The notes under the pieces were generated by a model. That model worked only from the letters and a program-made list of their open reading frames with translations. It did not search any database and had not been told where the DNA came from. From Scenedesmus sp. PABB004 (lineage: Eukaryota): DNA of 64,000 nt. Positions 61,975 through 64,000 of this stretch are shown in pieces (the first letter of the stretch is position 1; each line of letters opens with the position of its first letter). The stretch lies in contig JABVCE010000029.1 in assembly GCA_014905635.1 (NCBI GenBank), forward strand, positions 124,001 to 188,000, written 5' to 3'. A program made the translations under genes and the position numbers.

Positions 61975-62730
61975 TGCACCCGCCCGCGCCGCGCGCGTCC
62001 TAGCCGGCATGACATTGCGACACGGAGCCGTCCGGCCGCGCCGATCAGCGGCGCCGCGGCAGCGGCGCAGCGCACGCGCAGCGCGCGAGCGCCGGCGTGC
62101 AAGGGCTAGCCGCTAAAGCTGCGCGGCTGGGCGGGGTCAGACAGGCTGGCGGGGTTGATGCCACCCGGGCCTATATGGTGGTGTGGGCCGAGGGCGGGGT
62201 TGCTGCTGCTGCTGCCCGCACCGCGCCGCGCCGCGCCCGTTCGCCGATCGCTCTAGTCGAGATCATCATCGACATCGCGGCCACCGGCAGCTCAACAACA
62301 GATTCTTTACAGGGGGACGGGGGGCGGGGCAAGGACCCGCCTGTGGTGGTTATTAGCCCGCGCGGATGTTATTAGAAAGGGCGCGGGCGGCGCGGCGGGC
62401 TGCGGCGGCGCCGCGCCCGGCGAGGGGCGCGGCGCCGGCGGCGCGTGCAAATAGGGATCGCCACTTCTTGCTGGAAACCCATCGAAAACCCCTCCGCCGC
62501 CCCCATTGCACCTGCCAGTTCTTGCGCACCAAACCGCCATCTCCCGCCTCACGGCAGGGAGTGGCCTGTGCCGCGGCCCACAGCCCCCGCGCAGGCGGGC
62601 CGACCAGCGCGGCAAGTGTGCACATGAAATACGGCAGCGCCGCTGCCGGGCAGCTGCTGCGCCTGCACCACCAACTCCGGCACCGGCACCGGCGCGCACA
62701 CACAGCGGCGCCACCACACCAGCACACGCG
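61975..62730 (-). repeat. Duplicated 3' flank (copy behind member 7) with TGTAA poly(A) signal at 62307-62311
   Basis: Aligns with 58755-59532. Confidence 0.88.
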
Positions 62731-62750
62731 ACGCGCTGCGGCCGGCGCGC

Positions 62751-64000
62751 TCACGGGGTGGTGGGGATGGCGACGCTCGTCACCGCGGCTGCGTTCGTGC
62801 GCACGAGCGAGCGCCAGCTGCTGGTGATGTCGAACGTGCCGCGCCGCAGCGTGCACCCATTGACGCGATCCGACCACGCGGCGGCCGAGCCGGTCGTCGT
62901 AAACGACACCGCGGCACAGTCCGAGTTGTCGGTGCAGCTGTCGAGGCACGACCCCACAAAGGCTGCGCTGGGGCTGCCCGTCGTCAAGGTGCTGATCACC
63001 ACGCCCACGTTGGCAGCCTCGGTGGTGCTGGCGCGCCACCAGCTGAACACGCCGGAGCCCTGGTCCTTGGGCAGCGCTGCCTGCAGGCTGCGCCGCCGGC
63101 TGGCGCTGGTGGGCATGATCTTGTAGGCGATGCGGTTGACGCTGCGCAACGCGCGGCGGGGGGAGGGGCGGGGTGGTCAGGGCGGGGCGGCGGCGCGATG
63201 CTGGCGGCTCGCGCGCGTACGCGCGCAGCCCCCCCCCCCCCCCCCCCCCCCCACCCCACCCCCAGGCCCCCAGGCGGGCGAGTGAGCCGCTCACTCGGTG
63301 GTGCTGCCGTGCGTGAAGTAGAAGCAGCGCTGCGTGGTGCCGGCCGCGTAGTTGTAGCTGAGGAAAGCGCAGTTGCCGGTGCACGCCCCCGCGCAGGCCG
63401 TGAGGTTGGCGTGGCAGGACTCGGTGCCGGCCGCGCCGCACGCCGCCATGCCGGTCGTGGCGTTGGTGCCGAGGAACCAGTTGGCGTCCACGACCTGCGC
63501 GAACGCGACAAAGCACTGGCTGCTGTCGGTCGCCAAGGCCGGCGCGACGTTTGGGGGGCTGTAGGGGTTGTTGGTGCCGTTGAAGTAAAAGTTGTACACG
63601 TTGGTGTTGGTCGGGCACGCGCGGCACGCCGTGTCGTTTGCGGGGCGCCACGAGGGGCCAAACGTCGCCGCCGTGCTGCCGCAGGCGGTGCACACGTTGG
63701 AGAGCGAGGGCGCGCCGCTCGAGGGCGTGCCCATGCCCTGGGGGCACACTGCGGGCGGGCGGGCGGGCGGGCGGGCGGGCGACGTGGTCAGCGGCAGCCA
63801 CGCGCGCGGCCAGCCGGGCGGCAGCCGGGCCCCTGCGGGCCTCGCAGATGCTGCGGGCAGCCCGTCGCGCGTCAGTGCCGCACCTGAGCACTCGGCCAGG
63901 CTGATGGCGCCGGTCGTGCCCAGCTGCGTGTTGAACGTCGTGCCGCCGCCCGGGCAGGTGGTGCAGTTCATGCTGGCAGACGGCGTCCTCGAGGCGCCGC
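62751..64000 (-). CDS. Array member 7 (3' exons; 5' part lies beyond the window)
   Basis: CTTCPGGGTT..AEC | VCPQGMG..NNPYSP..CFVAFAQVVDANWFL..CAFLSYNY | NRIAYKIMPTSASRRRSLQ..DQGSGVFSWW..SSWRSLVRT. Closest to member 6. Confidence 0.8.

Noticed and set aside
61995..62045. Helitron 3' end (CTAG) at the member 6/7 junction
   Set aside because: No A/T insertion context or clear subterminal hairpin, and homology between the two flank copies extends past the CTAG.

Overview
Eukaryotic nuclear DNA, extremely GC-rich and full of short introns (GT-AG and many GC-AG, CTGAC branch points, TGTAA poly(A) signals). It most resembles a chlorophyte green alga of the Sphaeropleales type; the taxon is an inference. 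Nearly all long ORFs in the supplied track are GC-rich shadow ORFs, so genes were assembled by eye from spliced exons and boundaries are approximate. The left half (1-33.7 kb) holds housekeeping genes: a TRF4/PAPD5-like non-canonical poly(A) polymerase, an equilibrative nucleoside transporter, a small conserved protein, DNA polymerase epsilon subunit B, a plant RecQl1-type helicase, an LSMT-type SET methyltransferase and a bacterial-type xylulokinase. The right half (34-64 kb) is a head-to-tail minus-strand array of at least seven paralogous genes for Cys-rich proteins with two C-terminal PAN/Apple-like modules; the five complete members carry a signal peptide and an RRLL motif. The array shows block duplication, a gene-conversion-like tract, a hypervariable PAN exon, charged versus Ser/Thr/Asn-rich variants, and a headless but intact 3' module. 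An eighth, dispersed member (15.9-21.6 kb) has bacterial-looking cadherin/Ig-like and C-terminal domains and lies between two ~600-bp direct copies of the RecQ 5' region.
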